Below are positions 35,235-49,489 of a stretch of 64,000 nt of DNA, in pieces; within the stretch, counting starts at the first letter, position 1, and every line of letters starts with the position of its first letter. Position numbers and translations under genes: made by a program. This DNA comes from Raja brachyura (lineage: Eukaryota), in the NCBI GenBank assembly GCA_963514005.1, contig OY740803.1, forward strand, positions 36,890,001 through 36,954,000, read 5' to 3'. Under the pieces are notes generated by a model. That model was not told where the DNA came from, searched no databases, and saw only the letters and a program-made list of their open reading frames with translations.

Positions 35235-35512
35235 GTGGTGCCAAAGCCTGCAAGGGTGGAGAGGGGCCGGCACAACAACATGACCCTCCTCTGATTTTCA
35301 ACTTGTTGAATGATAGAGCTGAAGGTCAACCTCTAGATCCGCTCAATGCTGAGTACCGAGCCGTGTTCCCACAGATACAGAGGGCCCTGGCCAACATCAT
35401 CCGGGACATCTCCACAGACAACACCTCAATGGCTGATTATTCACACGATCCCGCTGTAATTCCATGTTGCCAACCAAAGCACGTAGTGTGTAGGTGTGAG
35501 AATATGACCTGA
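35235..35512 (+). CDS. ARSG: ARSG last coding exon (GGAKACKGG...HDPPLIFNL...PCCQPKHVVCRCENMT*)
   Basis: gtAG acceptor and TGA stop at 35510-35512. Has the PPLIFNL motif and the Cys-rich PCC...CRC C-terminus of ARSA/ARSG-type sulfatases. The six exons join into one open frame (877 nt). Confidence 0.95.
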
Positions 35513-35811
35513 TTTATATCATATTTTAATTATTGTTTTCACCCGGCTGTTGGTGGAATGACTGCAGGTTCCAATGTAGTGTAGAGAATAACTGTGAAAA
35601 ATAGCAGGTAAAGAGGTGTTGGTAGGAAGTACAGTGCCTAAGGTACCAAAAATACCTCGGGTAGATTTAAAATAATTGTAACCTACCAAATAAGAAAAGA
35701 AACTGTGGCCGTCCTGAAACCAGAATGGTTTAGATCATGCAAGGAGCAGCATGACACAAAATACAATTGTCTCAGCCAAAGGTGTTCTTTAACAAGCAGC
35801 TGAAAGGCAAG

Positions 35812-37140
35812 ATCATAATCGTAAACATAATAATCATAATCATAATCATACTTTATTAGCCAAGTATGTTTTGCAACATACGAGGAATTTGATTTGCCAT
35901 ACAGTCATACTAATAAAAAGCAACAGAACACACAAAATAATTTTAACAGAAACATCCACCACAGTGACGCCTCCACATTCCTCACTGTGATGGAAGGCGG
36001 AAAAAAGTTCAATCTCTTCACTTCTTTGTCCTCCAGCGGTCGGGAGCATCTAACCTTCCGTTGACAGGATGATCTTACTCCCGTAGCCAGCACCGGGCCT
36101 CATTGGGGCAATCAAGCTCTTGCATCGGGGGTAAGTCTCAGCTCTTCCGCGCCGGGCGTTCTACCCTGGGTCGGGACTAGTTGAATGTCGTGCGGTTTTG
36201 GTGCTTCCCGACTTGGTCTCTCCCGAGACTGCGAGCCCCTTTATGTTAAAGTCCGCGGGCCATGGTTTGAGCATCGATCCCAGGCAAAGAATCGGCTCCG
36301 ATGGCAAGTCCACGTCCCGCAGCGGGGCTCAGTTAGACCCGAGCAAGGCCACCAGCTCCACGATGTAGGCCGCAGAGAGACCGGAGATACGACCCGGAAA
36401 ACAATAGCAACTCCGGCAAGGTAAGGGATTGAGAAAAGGTTTCCCTGACCCCACCCGCCCACCCCCCACATAAAACAAACCGGAGAACATTAACACAAAC
36501 TTTTTGAACACATTAAAAATAACAAAATTTGAGACCGCATTTAGAATATTGTCTTCAGTTCTGGGCACCATGTAATAGGAAAGATATTGTCAAGCTTGAA
36601 AGGGTTCAGAAAAGATTTACGAGGATGCTGCTAGGAATAGAGGGTGTGAGCTATAGGTTGAGTAGGCTGGGTCTCTATTCCATGGAGTGTAGGAGGATGG
36701 GAGATCTTATAGAGGTATACAAAATCATGAGAGGAATAGATCGGGTAGATGCACAGAGCATTTTACCTAAGTAGGGGAATCGAGGACCAGAGGACATAGG
36801 TTCAAGGTGAAGGGAAAAGATTTAATAGGAATCCGAGGAGTAACTTTTTCTCACAGAGGATGGTGGGTGTATGGAACAAGCTGCCAGTGGAGATAGTTGT
36901 GGCTGGGACTAGCCCATCGTTTAAGAAACATTTGGACAGGTACATTGATAGGACAGGTTTGGAGGGTTATGGACCAAGCGCAGGCAAGTGGGACTAGGGT
37001 AGCTGGGACATTGTTGGCCGGTGTGGGGAGTTGGGCCGAAGGGCCTGTTTCCACACTGTATTACTCTGTGACTCTAAAAAAAAGATGAAAAAGACAGGCA
37101 GACTGTAGGCGATGCTGCCATCGAAGTGCCACCTGGTGGT
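35812..37140 (-). mobile_element. GC-rich non-autonomous retroposon interrupted by a + strand CR1 3' fragment (~36528-37075)
   Basis: Head at ~37076-37140, body and tail at 35812-36527. The insert encodes RPHLEYCLQFWAP...LERVQKRFTRML. Confidence 0.65.
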
Positions 37141-38754
37141 CACCATAGAGTCATAGAGAGAATAATCGTCATACAGCATGGAAACAGGCCCTTCGGCCCA
37201 ACTCATTCATGCCAACTAAGATGCCCCATCTAAGCTAGTCTCATTTGCCTGTTTATGGCCTAACACCTTTCCTATCCATGTACCTTTTCAAGTGGCTTGT
37301 GCCTGCCTTAACTATATCCTCTGATAGCTCGTTCCATATATTCACCACCCTCCCTGCGTAAAAGTTGCATCTCGGTTTCTTATTCAATCTTTCCCTTCTC
37401 ACTTCTACTTTCATTGACAAAATGGAATTGGCTTACTTCTCAATGGGGAGTTTTGAAAAAAAATGTAATGGAAAAAAAGGGAGTGAATGGAAAAATTGAA
37501 CTTAGATCTGCTAGATGTATCATACAGTGTGGATTTTGTTAGGTTTTTTTCTGTGATTTTGGGCAAGCTTTTTGTTTCCTCTTCCTGCTGTGTGCTTATT
37601 TACCGAGGCTGGACATTTACTAAATTCATAGCAAGGCTGTTTTGACCTCGTACATTCAGGCACAATACACCTTTTGATGTGGTGTTCATCTAATTAAAAG
37701 GAAATGGTTGTTCAATGGAATCTACAGCACCCTGGAAACACTAGGCACAGCATAATGAAATTTAACATGATTTTGGAGTATGAATATCTTGGACCAGAAG
37801 TCAGCGAATATACAAAACAAATTATGGGAGAAAGTTCAAGGACATTTCAGCACAGTAAGTGTGGAACATATTTAGAGGTTGAACATGTAGTCCGATTATA
37901 GAATGCGCAGGTTCAGTAGAAAAAGTGAGGCAAGAGTATACATGAACTTTTCAAATTATAGGAGGAAAGAGAATTATAAAATATATTAATCATTGATTGG
38001 AGCAACAAAGATGGATCTCGAGAGATAGCAATAAAAGAGAGGGTCCTTTCCATACTACAACAGCTATCACAGAAGAAGGCCTAGGTAGAGTGCATGTGGA
38101 GCGGATGTTTCCTGTAGTGAGAGTCTAGGATCAGAGGGCACAGCCTCTGCCTAAAAGGATTTATCTTTGGAATGAAATTGAGGAAGGATTTCTTTAGCCA
38201 GAGGGTGGTAAATCTGTGGAATTCATTCCCACAGACAGCGGTGGAGAGCAAGTCATTGGGTATTATTAAAGCGGAGATTAACCGGTTCTTGATTAGAAAG
38301 GCATCAAAGGTTATGGGGAGAAGGCAGGAGAATGGGGTTTAGAGGAGAAATAAATCAGCTATGATTGAATGGCGGAGCAGACTCGATGGGCCGAATGACG
38401 TAATTCTGCTCCCATGTCTTATGAACTTACGATCTTATAAGGGGAATTAATGGGCAGAAACAAAGAACTGCGGGTGCTGACTTACAAAAGATACAGCATG
38501 CTGGAGTAACTCAGCAGGGCATGCAGCATCTCTGGAAAACATTGATAGGTGGCCTGTACTTGAGTTGAGTTGTGGTTGAGGATGTGGTTAGTATTTCCAG
38601 GATGCAGCAGATTCCATTAATACACACGTGAGTTGTAGGAGCAGCACATAGCCCTAAATACCCTGATTTGCTATTTCTCCTGAATATTCACATGATAGGA
38701 TACCTTTTGTGGAAAAGATGTCCAAATAAAATCATTGAATTTGAATAACTTAGA

Positions 38755-39235
38755 ATCATAGAATCATAGAAACTAGGTGCAGGAGTAGGCCATTCGGCCC
38801 TTCGAGCCTGCACCGCCATTCAATATGATCATGGCTGATCATCCAAATCAGTACCCTGTACCTGCCTTCTCTCCATACCCCCTGATCCCTTTAGCCACAA
38901 GGGCCACATCTAACTCCCTCTTAATATAGCCAATGAACTGGCCTTAACTACCTTCTGTGGCAGAGAATTCCACAGACTCACCACTCTCTGTGTGAAAAAT
39001 GATCTTCTCATCTTGGTCCTAAAAGACTTCCCCCTTATCCTTAAACTGTGATCCCTTGTGCTGGAGTTCCCCAACATCGGGAACAATCTTCCTGCATCTA
39101 GCCTGTCCAACCACTTAAGAATTTTGTAAGTCTCTATAACATCCCCCCTCAATCTCCTAAATTCCAGCGTGTATAAGCCGAGTCTATCCAGTCTTTCTTC
39201 ATATGGAAGTCCTGCCATCCCAGGAATCAGTCTGG
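38755..39235 (-). mobile_element. CR1 3' fragment
   Basis: GLPYEERLDRLGLYTLEFRRLRGD...LWNSLPQKVV. Confidence 0.85.
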
Positions 39236-41069
39236 AAGTGACAAGATTTGTAAATGATATAAGAGTGAAAAATTTGAGGAAATAAAGACATTGCTCGAAA
39301 ACAGAAATGCTCCTGCAAATTATATGTACACATAATAAACTTACGAAGATAAGAATTACACAACTTAAAAGTTTATCTACTTATTCCATGAATGGTTTTA
39401 TAATAGGTGAGATAGAATGAATCTGATAGTGATCTAGGAGTGCCGGTGGCCAACACATCTAACTAATGCAGAGCAGCAATCAGAACGGTCATAATATATT
39501 GAACAGTTTGGTTAAGAGAGTATAATATAAATCAGAAGAGATAGCGATCAAACTTTATGGTATTCAGATAAAATGTATCCTCATTTCAGGAGGCTGGTAA
39601 TAGGTGAACAGGTTAGACACCATCGCAAAGTTAAACACAAAGTGCTGGAGTAACTCAGCGGGTCAGGCAGCATCCCTGGAGAAAAAGGATGGATGACGTT
39701 TCTGGATTGGACCTTTCTTCAGACTGAAAGTAGGGGGTGGCAGGTGGCGGAGGGGTGTGGAGGCGAGAAAAGCCCAAGATCTAAAGCATTTGCAGTTCCT
39801 TGTTTCTACAGTTTGGCTAGACACCATAGTAGTTGTATATCTTTATTTTTTTAATCTATTACTCATAGCATCTGGACTTTGTTGATCTCATCATTTCATG
39901 TTTATTCCTAAATGCTGTTTACCTAAGTAGTTCATCAAATTCAATTAATTGTCAAATGACTAATAGAGTGTTATTGCTTGTTGTAAGGGGAATTGAATGC
40001 CAGCATGCAGTTATTCTTCAGTTATATAGGGCACTGATGGGACCAAATCTGGATCACTCTGTACAATGTTGATCGCCTAATTTAAGAAAGGATATTAAAA
40101 GTATTTTTGAGAAAATCTGCTGGACAAATGCAAAGAATGGGTGAGTTGTTGTATGATTAAAGCTCATATGTCAATCACTAGGCTTATATGTGCTGCAGTT
40201 GATAAGTGTCAGGGTGACTTGATTGAAAAGTAGATGATCCTGACAGGTGTTGACAAGATAGATGTGGGGACGATGTGTAAAACTAGAACCAAGCTTGATG
40301 GAAGTTTAAAAAAAAAAACACAAATCGGAAATAAAAAGTCCTGGGAAAACTCAGCAAGTCAGGCGGTATCTGGGGAAAGAGAAACATTGGAGTTTAGTAA
40401 TAGGAGGGAGACGGTTCATAAGTTCACAAGCGGTAGGAGCGGAATTAAGCCATTCGGCCCATCAAGTCTACTCTGGCATTCAATCATGGAATATCTTTTC
40501 CATCTCAACCCCATTCTCCTGCCTTCTCCCCATAACTCCTGACACCTGCACAAATCAAGAATGGGCCGGTTGGTCAGGCCAGGTACGCCATCAGGGTCAG
40601 ATGCCTTCCAAGGGATCTTCTGACATTGGTCTTGGCGACTGAGATTACAGTGTCGCAGGGTGCAATGGGGCCCCGAGAAGTCACATTGATATTCTCTGGT
40701 TCTAAGTCAGCATAGGGGGCATTGAGCGCATCAAGGAGTGATGCCACTTGAGCTACAATTTGTTTCACCTGGGAAGTGATGTTGCCCAAGCCCTGCCACA
40801 GTTGCTGAACGTCCGTCTCATTGAGGTTTGTCAGATGAGCCATGATCTTATTGAACAGCAGAACAGACTTAAGGGGCTGAATGGCCAAATATTGCTCCCA
40901 ATATGTATGTTCATGTGGCAGTTCAAAAGTTTATTTAGTTAATCACATTCAAATGTTGTAATTACCATTGTTGGATATGATCTTCTGTCTCTGGATCATC
41001 TGTGCTGGTCTCTGAAGTGGTAGTTTATGTTGTTTCTTTACATCATCAATAAATATCGGTAACAATATC

Positions 41070-41628
41070 TCAAGAGGGGATCTTATTGAAACATATAAGA
41101 TTGTTGAGGGTTTGGACACGCTAGAGGCAGCAAACATGTTCCCGATGTCAGGGGAATCCAGAACCAGGGGCCACAGTTTAAGAATAAGGGGTATGCCATT
41201 TAGAACGGAGACGAGGAAACACTTTTTCTCACAGAGAGTTGTGAGTCTGTAGAATTCTCTGCCTCAGAGAGCGGTGGAGGCCGGTTCTCTGGATACTTTT
41301 AAGACAGAGCTAGATAGGGCTCTTAAAGATAGTGGAGTCAGGGGATATGGGGAGAAGGCAGGAACAGGGTACTGATTGGGGATGATCAGCCATGATCACA
41401 TTGAATGGCGGTGCTGGCTCGACCTAAACATCACCCATTCCTCTGCTCCATTTTGCTGCCTGACCCGCTGAGTTACTCCAGCTTTTTGTGTCTATCTTCG
41501 GATTAAACAGCATCTGCAGTTCCTTCCTCCACATGCTGCCTGATTGGGGATGATCAGCCATGATCAAATTGAATGGCGGTGCTGGCTCGAAGGGCCGAAT
41601 GGCCTACTCCTGCACCTATTGTCTATTA
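41070..41628 (+). mobile_element. CR1 3' fragment with a duplicated tail segment and a templated insert
   Basis: RGDLIETYKI coding remnant. Tail segment 41372-41422 is repeated at 41540-41590. Confidence 0.75.
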
Positions 41629-41777
41629 TCTGAATGGTAGTTTATGTTGTTTCTTTACATCATTAATAAATAGCTTTCTTCTTGTGATTTATATTTTTAT
41701 TTTCTGTTATAAATGCATTACTGTTTGTGTTAAATTAAGCTGTAAATGAAAATGGGATGAATTATTTAGGATATTTC

Positions 41778-42090
41778 GCGTGGCGCAGCTGGTAGGCCTG
41801 CAGTCTCACAGCACTAGAGACCCAGGTTCGATCCTGACCTCGTGTGCTGTTTGTGTAGAGTTTGTATATCATCTCTGTGAACGCGTGGGGTTTCTCCGGA
41901 TGCTCCGGTTTCATCCTACATCACAAAGATGTGTGGATTGCAGGTTAACTAGCCTATGTAAACCGCTCCTGGTGTGGACGGAGCGGATGAGAAAGTGGGG
42001 TAAAATAGAACTAGTGGGAAAGAGTGATTAATGGTCGGCTTGGACTCTGTAGGCCGAGGGGCCTGTTTCCATGCTGTAACTCTAAACTAA
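41778..42090 (+). mobile_element. HE1-like SINE
   Basis: tggcgcagctgg A-box, ggttcgatcc B-box, V-domain and tail. Confidence 0.75.
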
Positions 42091-43239
42091 TTTGCTCAAT
42101 CATATTACTCATTAATTTCCATGTTTAAAGGTCATATCACACAGGATCTGTTCAGTACTCTAGTTTCATAAATGGTAATGTTAGTTGCAATAATAATACT
42201 GTAAATGGTGGGAAAAAATGGTGGAGTTCCTGTTTTAATTAAAACTGAGTCTCTGGTGACGTTTTCATAGCAGTGTTAAATGTGATCACATATTACAGCT
42301 CACCATGTGGCTTGTGGAAAATCTGAGAGCGATCATTTTGACTTCCTGCTCCATAAAAGTATCCTGGATTAAAAAAATATTTCAAGCCAGTCTTTTGAGT
42401 TTTGCCAAGATCTTGAGATGTGAGAATTCGTGTTTCAGGAAGTCAGTTTTATTTTGAATTCTGGAAGTCTAATTTTGTGTTACGTTAAGTAAGCAAGAAA
42501 ACTCACTGCAACGCAACTAAGTACTTCCTCATCCCCTGAACACTTGATGTGCCGCAATGAGAACTTCATCGCCACAGGAAATTGTTAGTATAAGGATGTG
42601 ACTTGAAGGATATTTAATGCGTCAGAAACTGGACCGCACATGTAAATCCATCCGTACACTAAGGCAGATCCCGGCCCAAGGCTTGTTCACGAAATTCCTT
42701 GGCCATTTATTAGGGAACAGTTGTTGAGATTGGTTCCCATTGTCTTTCACCTTTTTAGTTGGCTAAAAAGCCCCACCTACCCTTTACAATGGAGGCAGGA
42801 CAACACGTATAACCATTGATCCCACAAGTGTATTTTCAGAACATCAATCCGGTACTTCAAAACCAACTTTTTATCTTTGTTTACCAGGGCAAGAGGAACA
42901 GAAGTGTGAAAAGCACACCACCAGATTCAGGGACAGTTTCATCACAGCTGTTATCAGGCAACTGAACCATTCTATCACCAACTAGAGACAGGTTCTGTCC
43001 TAACATCTACCTCATTGGAGACCCACGGCTATCTTTATTCGGACTTTGCTGGACTTTATCTTCCACTAAACGTTATTCCCTTTATCCTGTTTTTGTACAC
43101 AGTGGATGTCTTAGTTGTAATCATGTATAGTCTTTTCATTGACTGGATAGCACACAAGAAAAATCCTTTTACTGTATCACAGTAAACATGCCACTAGTGG
43201 GTAGATGAATGGAAGAATCAGGGAGAAGTTAATGGGAAG

Positions 43240-44670
43240 ACATAAAGTGCTGAAGTAATCCCTGGAGAATACAGATAGATTATGTTTTGGGTCAGGACCT
43301 TTCTTCAGACTCAGACTCAGTCTGAGGAAGGGTCCCTTCCCGAAACATCACTTATTCCTGTTCCCCAGGGATGTCTCGACCTAAAACATCACCCATTCCT
43401 CTGCTCCAGATTTGCTGCCTGACCCGCTGAGTTACTCCAGCTTTTTGTGTCTATCTTCGGATTAAACAGCATCTGCAGTTCCTTCCTCCACATGCTGCCT
43501 GACTCGTTGAGCTACTCCAGCATTTTGTCTCTTTCCTTGGTAAACCAGCAAGTGGCTTTTAGAAGTTAATGGGAATGTGGAGAGTATCAGTTACAGGGAA
43601 AATTACTGGGGAAGGACTCCGTGTACCAGCATAGACCCGATAGGCCAAAACACCTTCTCTCTGCGACATATGGAAATGTGAAATTCAATAAGATCACCAT
43701 TGAAATGCAACACTGCTAATCAAGGAAGAGGAAGAGGGAAAATTGTCTGGTTTATTAAGGAGGGATAGAATTAGAACATAGAAAATGTAGCATGATAAGG
43801 CAATGTCAACATATGACAGTAAGAAAGGGAAATCCTGTGTTGCAAATTTAATAGGAGTTCGTAAGTAACAGGGCAAAGAAAGGGGAAGCCAATGAGCATA
43901 TCATATTTGGATTTCTGTAAAGCATTCAATGGAGTAATAAAGAACTGCTGATGCTGGTTTAAATCAAAGGTAGACACAAAATGCTGGAGTAACTCAGCGG
44001 GTGAGGCAGCATCTCTGGAGAGAAGAAATGGGCGACGTTTCAGGTCGAGACCCTTCTTCAGACTAATGTCGGGGAGAAAGATAGAATGTAGGTGGAGACA
44101 GTAAGACTGGTGGGAGAACTGGGAACGGGGAGGCGTATCGACCCGAAACGTCGCCCATTCCTTTACTCCAGAGATGCTGCCTCACCTGCTGAGTCACTCC
44201 AGCATTTTGTGTCTGAGCATTCAATGGAGTTACATTTAAGAAGGTTATCATACACACGTTCATGGAAATGAAAATAATATGTTAGCATGGATGGACGATT
44301 TGGTAACAAACGGAAAACAGTGTGGATAAGGAAGTTACTTTAAGTTTTACAGACACAAACTATTGGGGAGCTCACACTTTGGTGAAGCAGCCTTAGGCAT
44401 TTACAATCAAAATTAACCATGTAGAGGTCTCAATCTCAACCAATTCACTTTATTCACTTGTAGGAACAAGGGACTGCAGATACTGGTTTATAAAAACAAT
44501 GACTTAGAGTGCTGGATTAACTCAGTGGGTCAGGCAGCATCTCGGGGGAATGTGGATAGGTGAAGTTTCGGGACTGTAGAAGGGTCCCGACCTGAAATGG
44601 CACCCATCCATGTCCTTCAGAGATGCTGCTTTGACCCGCTGAGTTACTCCAGTCTTTTGTTTCCTGTTGT
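43240..44670. repeat. Cluster of Penelope-derived palindromic elements (43240-43550, 43940-44215, 44460-44670)
   Basis: Repeated inverted arms. A hammerhead-like core lies on the minus strand at 44034-44061. Confidence 0.7.
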
Positions 44671-45299
44671 GCACTTCATTGCCACTCCAGTGATCTGGGT
44701 CTCTCTTTGTCAACATCCTCAGCTTGACTATGATCCCTCTCCCACTTCCCACTTCCCACTTGCCAAAATGCAACATTGTGATATTTTTGTCTTTAGCCTG
44801 CCTGTCAAAGCATGGAGGTCCGATGCTTCTGGTCTTCCCTCCACCAGCAAACGCGTAGGACCATCTCTCCTTCACTCCGACTGCCAAAGCACAGGGCTCC
44901 AGTCCTTCCCTTCTCCCATACATCAGCCACATTACAGAGGCTATACGGTCTACATCCATCAGCTAACCTGTCGCCCCAGGCATAGTCATGGATCCAGATT
45001 CCAGTCAGCACATTTTCAACAACTGAGATCTGTCATGTACCACAAAATGAGTTTCAACCATGCCTTTGGGCCTGTGCAGCTATCTACATATGTGAAGCTC
45101 AGTGTGATGATAATTTTCAACTTCTTATGTAAGTTGAATTTAGTTTATTGTCATGTGTACCGAGGTAGTGAAAAGCTTTTGTTGCATGCTAACCAGTCAG
45201 TAGAAAGGCAATACATGATTATAATCTAACCATTCCCGGTGTGTAGATACATGATAAAGGGGATAACGTGAATAATGTTTAGTGCAAGATAAAGTACAG

Positions 45300-45620
45300 T
45301 GGGGTGGGAGGAAGAAAGAGAGGGTTTTTGGGAAGAAAGGGGTGGGAGATGGGAGGTGTAGTTAGATGTTACTTAAAATTGGAGAATTCAAAGTTCATAC
45401 CGTTGGATTGTAAGCTACCCAGATGGAATATGACGCTGTTCCTTCAGTGTGTGTGTGTGTGTGTGTGTTCTCACTATGGCCATGGAGGAGGCTCACGACA
45501 GAAAGGTCAGTGTGGGATTGGGAAGGGGAGTGAAAATGGTTAGCAACCAGGAGATCCAGTTGGCATTGGCAGACTGAGCGAAGATGTTCGGCGAAACAGT
45601 CGCCTTGTCTACGTTTGGTC
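45300..45620 (-). mobile_element. Penelope-like element GIY-YIG endonuclease C-terminal remnant
   Basis: TKRRQGDCFAEHLRSV...VANHFHSPSQSHTDLSVVSLLH matches the PLE TKRxLxxRFxEH...VAxHF pattern. Confidence 0.75.
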
Positions 45621-46369
45621 AAGTTTGGAGATTTGGGAGGAGTCAACTTTGGAGGCGACAAACGCATAAACGTACAGAGTCATACAGCATGGAAACAAAC
45701 CCTTCAGCCTAACTCACCCATGCTGACCAAGATACCCATCTATGCCTGTTCCATTTGCCCATGTTGACCTATCCAGAGGCTGATTTTCTGGATGCTTTCA
45801 AGAGAGAGTTTGATAGAGCTCTTAAAAATAGCAGAGTCAAGGGATATGGGGAGAAGGCAGGAACAGGGTACTGATTGTGGATGATCAGCCATGATCACAG
45901 TGAATGGCAGTGCTGGCACGAATGGCCTACTCCTCCACTTATTGTCCATTGTCCTCTAAACCTTTCCTACCCATACAGATATGCATATACATGAACATAC
46001 ATTTCAGCAGCTGATGCGCTGACTGATGGCAGGAGCCAGGCAACTGGAAGGGGAGATGGCAATAGTGGAAGGGGAGATGGAAAGAATTTGAAATACAAAC
46101 TTAACCCAGGGTTAAATATATCACCAAGGTTGCACGAGGCCTAATTTAATTTTAGATCATTGACAGGAAAAGGGATGGAGTCAGCATCTGGGGAATGGTG
46201 TGAGTGACCCAATATTTTATTACCATTTACGATCTACCCTTTGGATTGTCAGTAAACTGCACATTAGGTCCTGATGACGCAGTACTGCTTCTGATTTTTG
46301 CTACCTTCCAGTTGTGTTTTACTATATTCCACAAAAAGAAAGCCTTCCTTGCACTGATTCAGCAATGGG

Positions 46370-46795
46370 GTCACACAGTGTGGAAACAGGCCCTTCAGTC
46401 CAACTTGCCCATGCTGACCAGCATGCCCCATCTATACTGGTCCCACCTGCCTGCATTTGGCCCATATCCATCTAAACCTATCCTATCCATGTATCTATCC
46501 AAATGCCTCAACTACCTCCTCTGGCAACTTGTTCCATTTACCTACCACCCTTTGTGTAAAAAAGTTGCCCCTCAGGTTCCTATGTAAATCTTTCCCTTCA
46601 CGCCTTAAACATATGTCTGCTGATTCACGATTGCCCTACTCTGGGTAAAAGACTGTGCATTTACCCGATCTGTTCCTCTCATGATCTCATCCACTTCAAC
46701 AGGATCACCCTCATCCTCCTCCGCTCCCAGGAATAAACCCTAGCTGTTCAACCTCCCCCTACAGCTCAGGCCCTCGGGTCCTGGCAAAATCCTTG
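46370..46795 (-). mobile_element. CR1 3' fragment
   Basis: Reverse complement of RRMRxDL / FTQRVV remnants and a ttccacactgtg tail. Confidence 0.7.
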
Positions 46796-48668
46796 TAATA
46801 AATCCTTGTCATCATCACAAAGTGTGTGATCTGTCACTCAATCCTTTGTGTGGTGATCCATTTCCTCCCTTTTTATGTTTTCAACCCACCCATAGAGTCC
46901 TCGAAAAGGCCAACACAATATTTTTAATGATACCACGTGAAACTTTATTTGCAGCCTTGTGGATGAGTTCCAGCCTCCACCACCATCACATCAGGCAAAG
47001 TCTCAGTGCCTGTTCCAAACTGAGCAGTGTTTAAAGTTAGTGATAGGCTCAAGTGTGTTTTTAAGCTAATATTCGGCAACTGAATAATTTTCCGCATGCT
47101 ATGTCTCTCCAGAAAAAAACATGAAGGTTCACATTTGAAGTGGTAGAAAGAGCAAATTCTACCCAGCTATGTCGAAATTCCTCTGTTATTTTTAATGGAT
47201 CAGTTGAATGCTGGATAGCCCTACTGCTATTTGAAGCTACTGTTAGAACACATTTTCATCTTCCTGAGTAACAAATATATTTTGCAATGCTTTGGTAATT
47301 TTTTCCCCTGATGTAAAGATATTAAAAGTTCACTGGGGAACAGCAAAGGAAGATAGGAAATATTATTCTCAAAATATTCACAGGAAGTGACACCCCATGG
47401 CAACTGAGGTAAAATTTAGGATGATGTAAACATAGATTTGTTTTTTAATAATTTGGTACAATAAAGTACAAATGTTGCCAGTTAAACTCAAAATCCAAGC
47501 ACAAATAGGAATTTAGTTTGCCAGTGAAAAATAATAGGTTCTTGCTTCAGAATGAATTACTCGAGTTATTTATCTACCGGTAATTAAAATGCTGAGTTAC
47601 TCCAGCATTTCGTGTCTTTATTTGTACACTGGCATATGCAGTTCCTTGTGTCTCCAGTATATCTCGGAGATCAGAAAATGTGATCCAAAACTACGTCTTA
47701 TGTTGTACAAACGACTTTGGTATAAGAATCAAATCTATTTGGGTGATTTCCAGTTGACACAAAATTAATCGATCATAAGTAGCATCTTGACAATCTCAGT
47801 GAGATAAACAAAATGCATGAATAGCTAAACAATAGCAAGAGGACCGGTATAAAATATCACACAGGAAGGAAAATAGGCTGTAACATTTCCTTAATAAATG
47901 GCACTGAGGTTGAGGTTAAAAATAAATCTTTGGGTTTTAGGCACAGTATTAGTCAGTCCAAGCAATGCAGGCAGCAAACAATAAAGCAATAGGAAGTTGA
48001 AGTACATGACCAAAGAATGAGAAATCATAATGAAGATGTACATTTCCCTGGTTAACCTGTGCAGGCCAGTCTCCAGGTTAAATAAGGGCCTGTTTCTGGG
48101 AACGATCGATCAGCCAATTATTCTTTGTCAGAAACATCTACTTTGTGTAGCTATTTGCATTGTATCATCCTACATACAGTTGTTATCATTCTTTAGTTTC
48201 ATTGAATAATCATTTTTACAGTATCCACACTTAAAATATTGGAATACATACTGTATCCTATTATTAAAGAATACCATGAAACATTTTATTATTATAACCA
48301 GCTTGAAATATGTGTTACAAATGCATGGGAGAATATTTGTAAAGTTAGACGTCCACGTCGGGTCATTCGTAGCCCAGGCTGTCTCTGTGTATCGAGGTAG
48401 AGCAGTGATCAGGCATAAAATTAACACCTGACCTGTAAGCAACCGAGCCACAGTCAATCTGAACCTGAACTTGAGAACCTTTTCACGAAGGTGGAACAAA
48501 AAAGCCTTTCTTAACTTTATTAGTGATCAGAAACAGAGAACATATGAGGCAAAACAAAACAAGTCAGCACGACCAGGTTATACTGCTAAAGCAGGGTAGC
48601 GTGACATGACACGACCTAAAGCTAAAGGTTTTGTCAGGATAGATTCCTGAACTGGATCTTCAGGTCTG

Positions 48669-49446
48669 ATACAAGATACATTTATTTGTCACATGTACCA
48701 ATTGGTACAATGAAATGTGTGGTCGCCATACAGCCATACAAATAATAAGAGCACAGAACACGAAAGTCTTTAACACAGACATCCTCACAGAGCAGGGTCA
48801 ACATTTCCCACTGTGAGGGAAGGCTCCAAAAATTCAGCCATCTTCCTCTGTTGTCCTCCCGTGGTCTGGGGGGCTCCCGAACCCCCCGCTGTCGCCGCTA
48901 CGGGCGGCCCGATGTTCAGGCCCGCTCGCCAGGGTGATGGAAATCCGACGTCGGGACAGGACGACATCCTTGGACATCCAAATCGGCCACTTCCTACCGG
49001 AGTCCGCGGCTCCCGAAGTCCACAGGCCGCGCTGGGCGGAGATTCAACGCTGGCGGCCCTCGGCAAAGGGTCCCAGGACTCCGCGATGTTGGTCAGTGGC
49101 CCAACACTCCGGAGCTTCAAATGGCGATCCAGGTAGCCATCGCCCCGCTCCGTGGTGAATCCAGTGCTGCGCCGCTGCTGCTGAAGCTTGGTCCGGTCCC
49201 CGGCAGGAAAGGCCGCTCCAATCCAGGTGGTAGGCTGCGAGGAGGGGGGCGAGGACGACACTCGGAGAATAGTCGCGTCCTCGCCAGGAAGTGACTGGGA
49301 AACGGTTTCCCCCTTACCGTACCCCCCTCCCCCACATAGAAAAGCTAAAGAATCCCCAACACAAACTTTTAAAGCTGACTAAATTTTTTTTAAATACAGA
49401 AAAACAGACAGACCGTAGGCAGAGGCTGCCATCAATGCGGCACCCC
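48669..49446 (-). mobile_element. GC-rich non-autonomous retroposon with Rex-like tail
   Basis: Head and tail homologous to 31912-32655. Confidence 0.65.
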
Positions 49447-49489
49447 TTGTGACCCGATGTTCGGGCCCTAGTGACCCTATATTCAGGTC

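Noticed and set aside
35513-35920. ARSG polyadenylation signal
   Set aside because: There is no canonical AATAAA in unique sequence after the stop; the first one (~35913) lies inside a repeat, so no call was made.
44597-45229. 210-aa ORF
   Set aside because: It begins in a Penelope-derived arm, ends in a LINE tail and has no recognisable domain; likely a chance ORF.
48170-48499. 109-aa minus-strand ORF in unique sequence
   Set aside because: It has no recognisable homology and no convincing splice-site pair.
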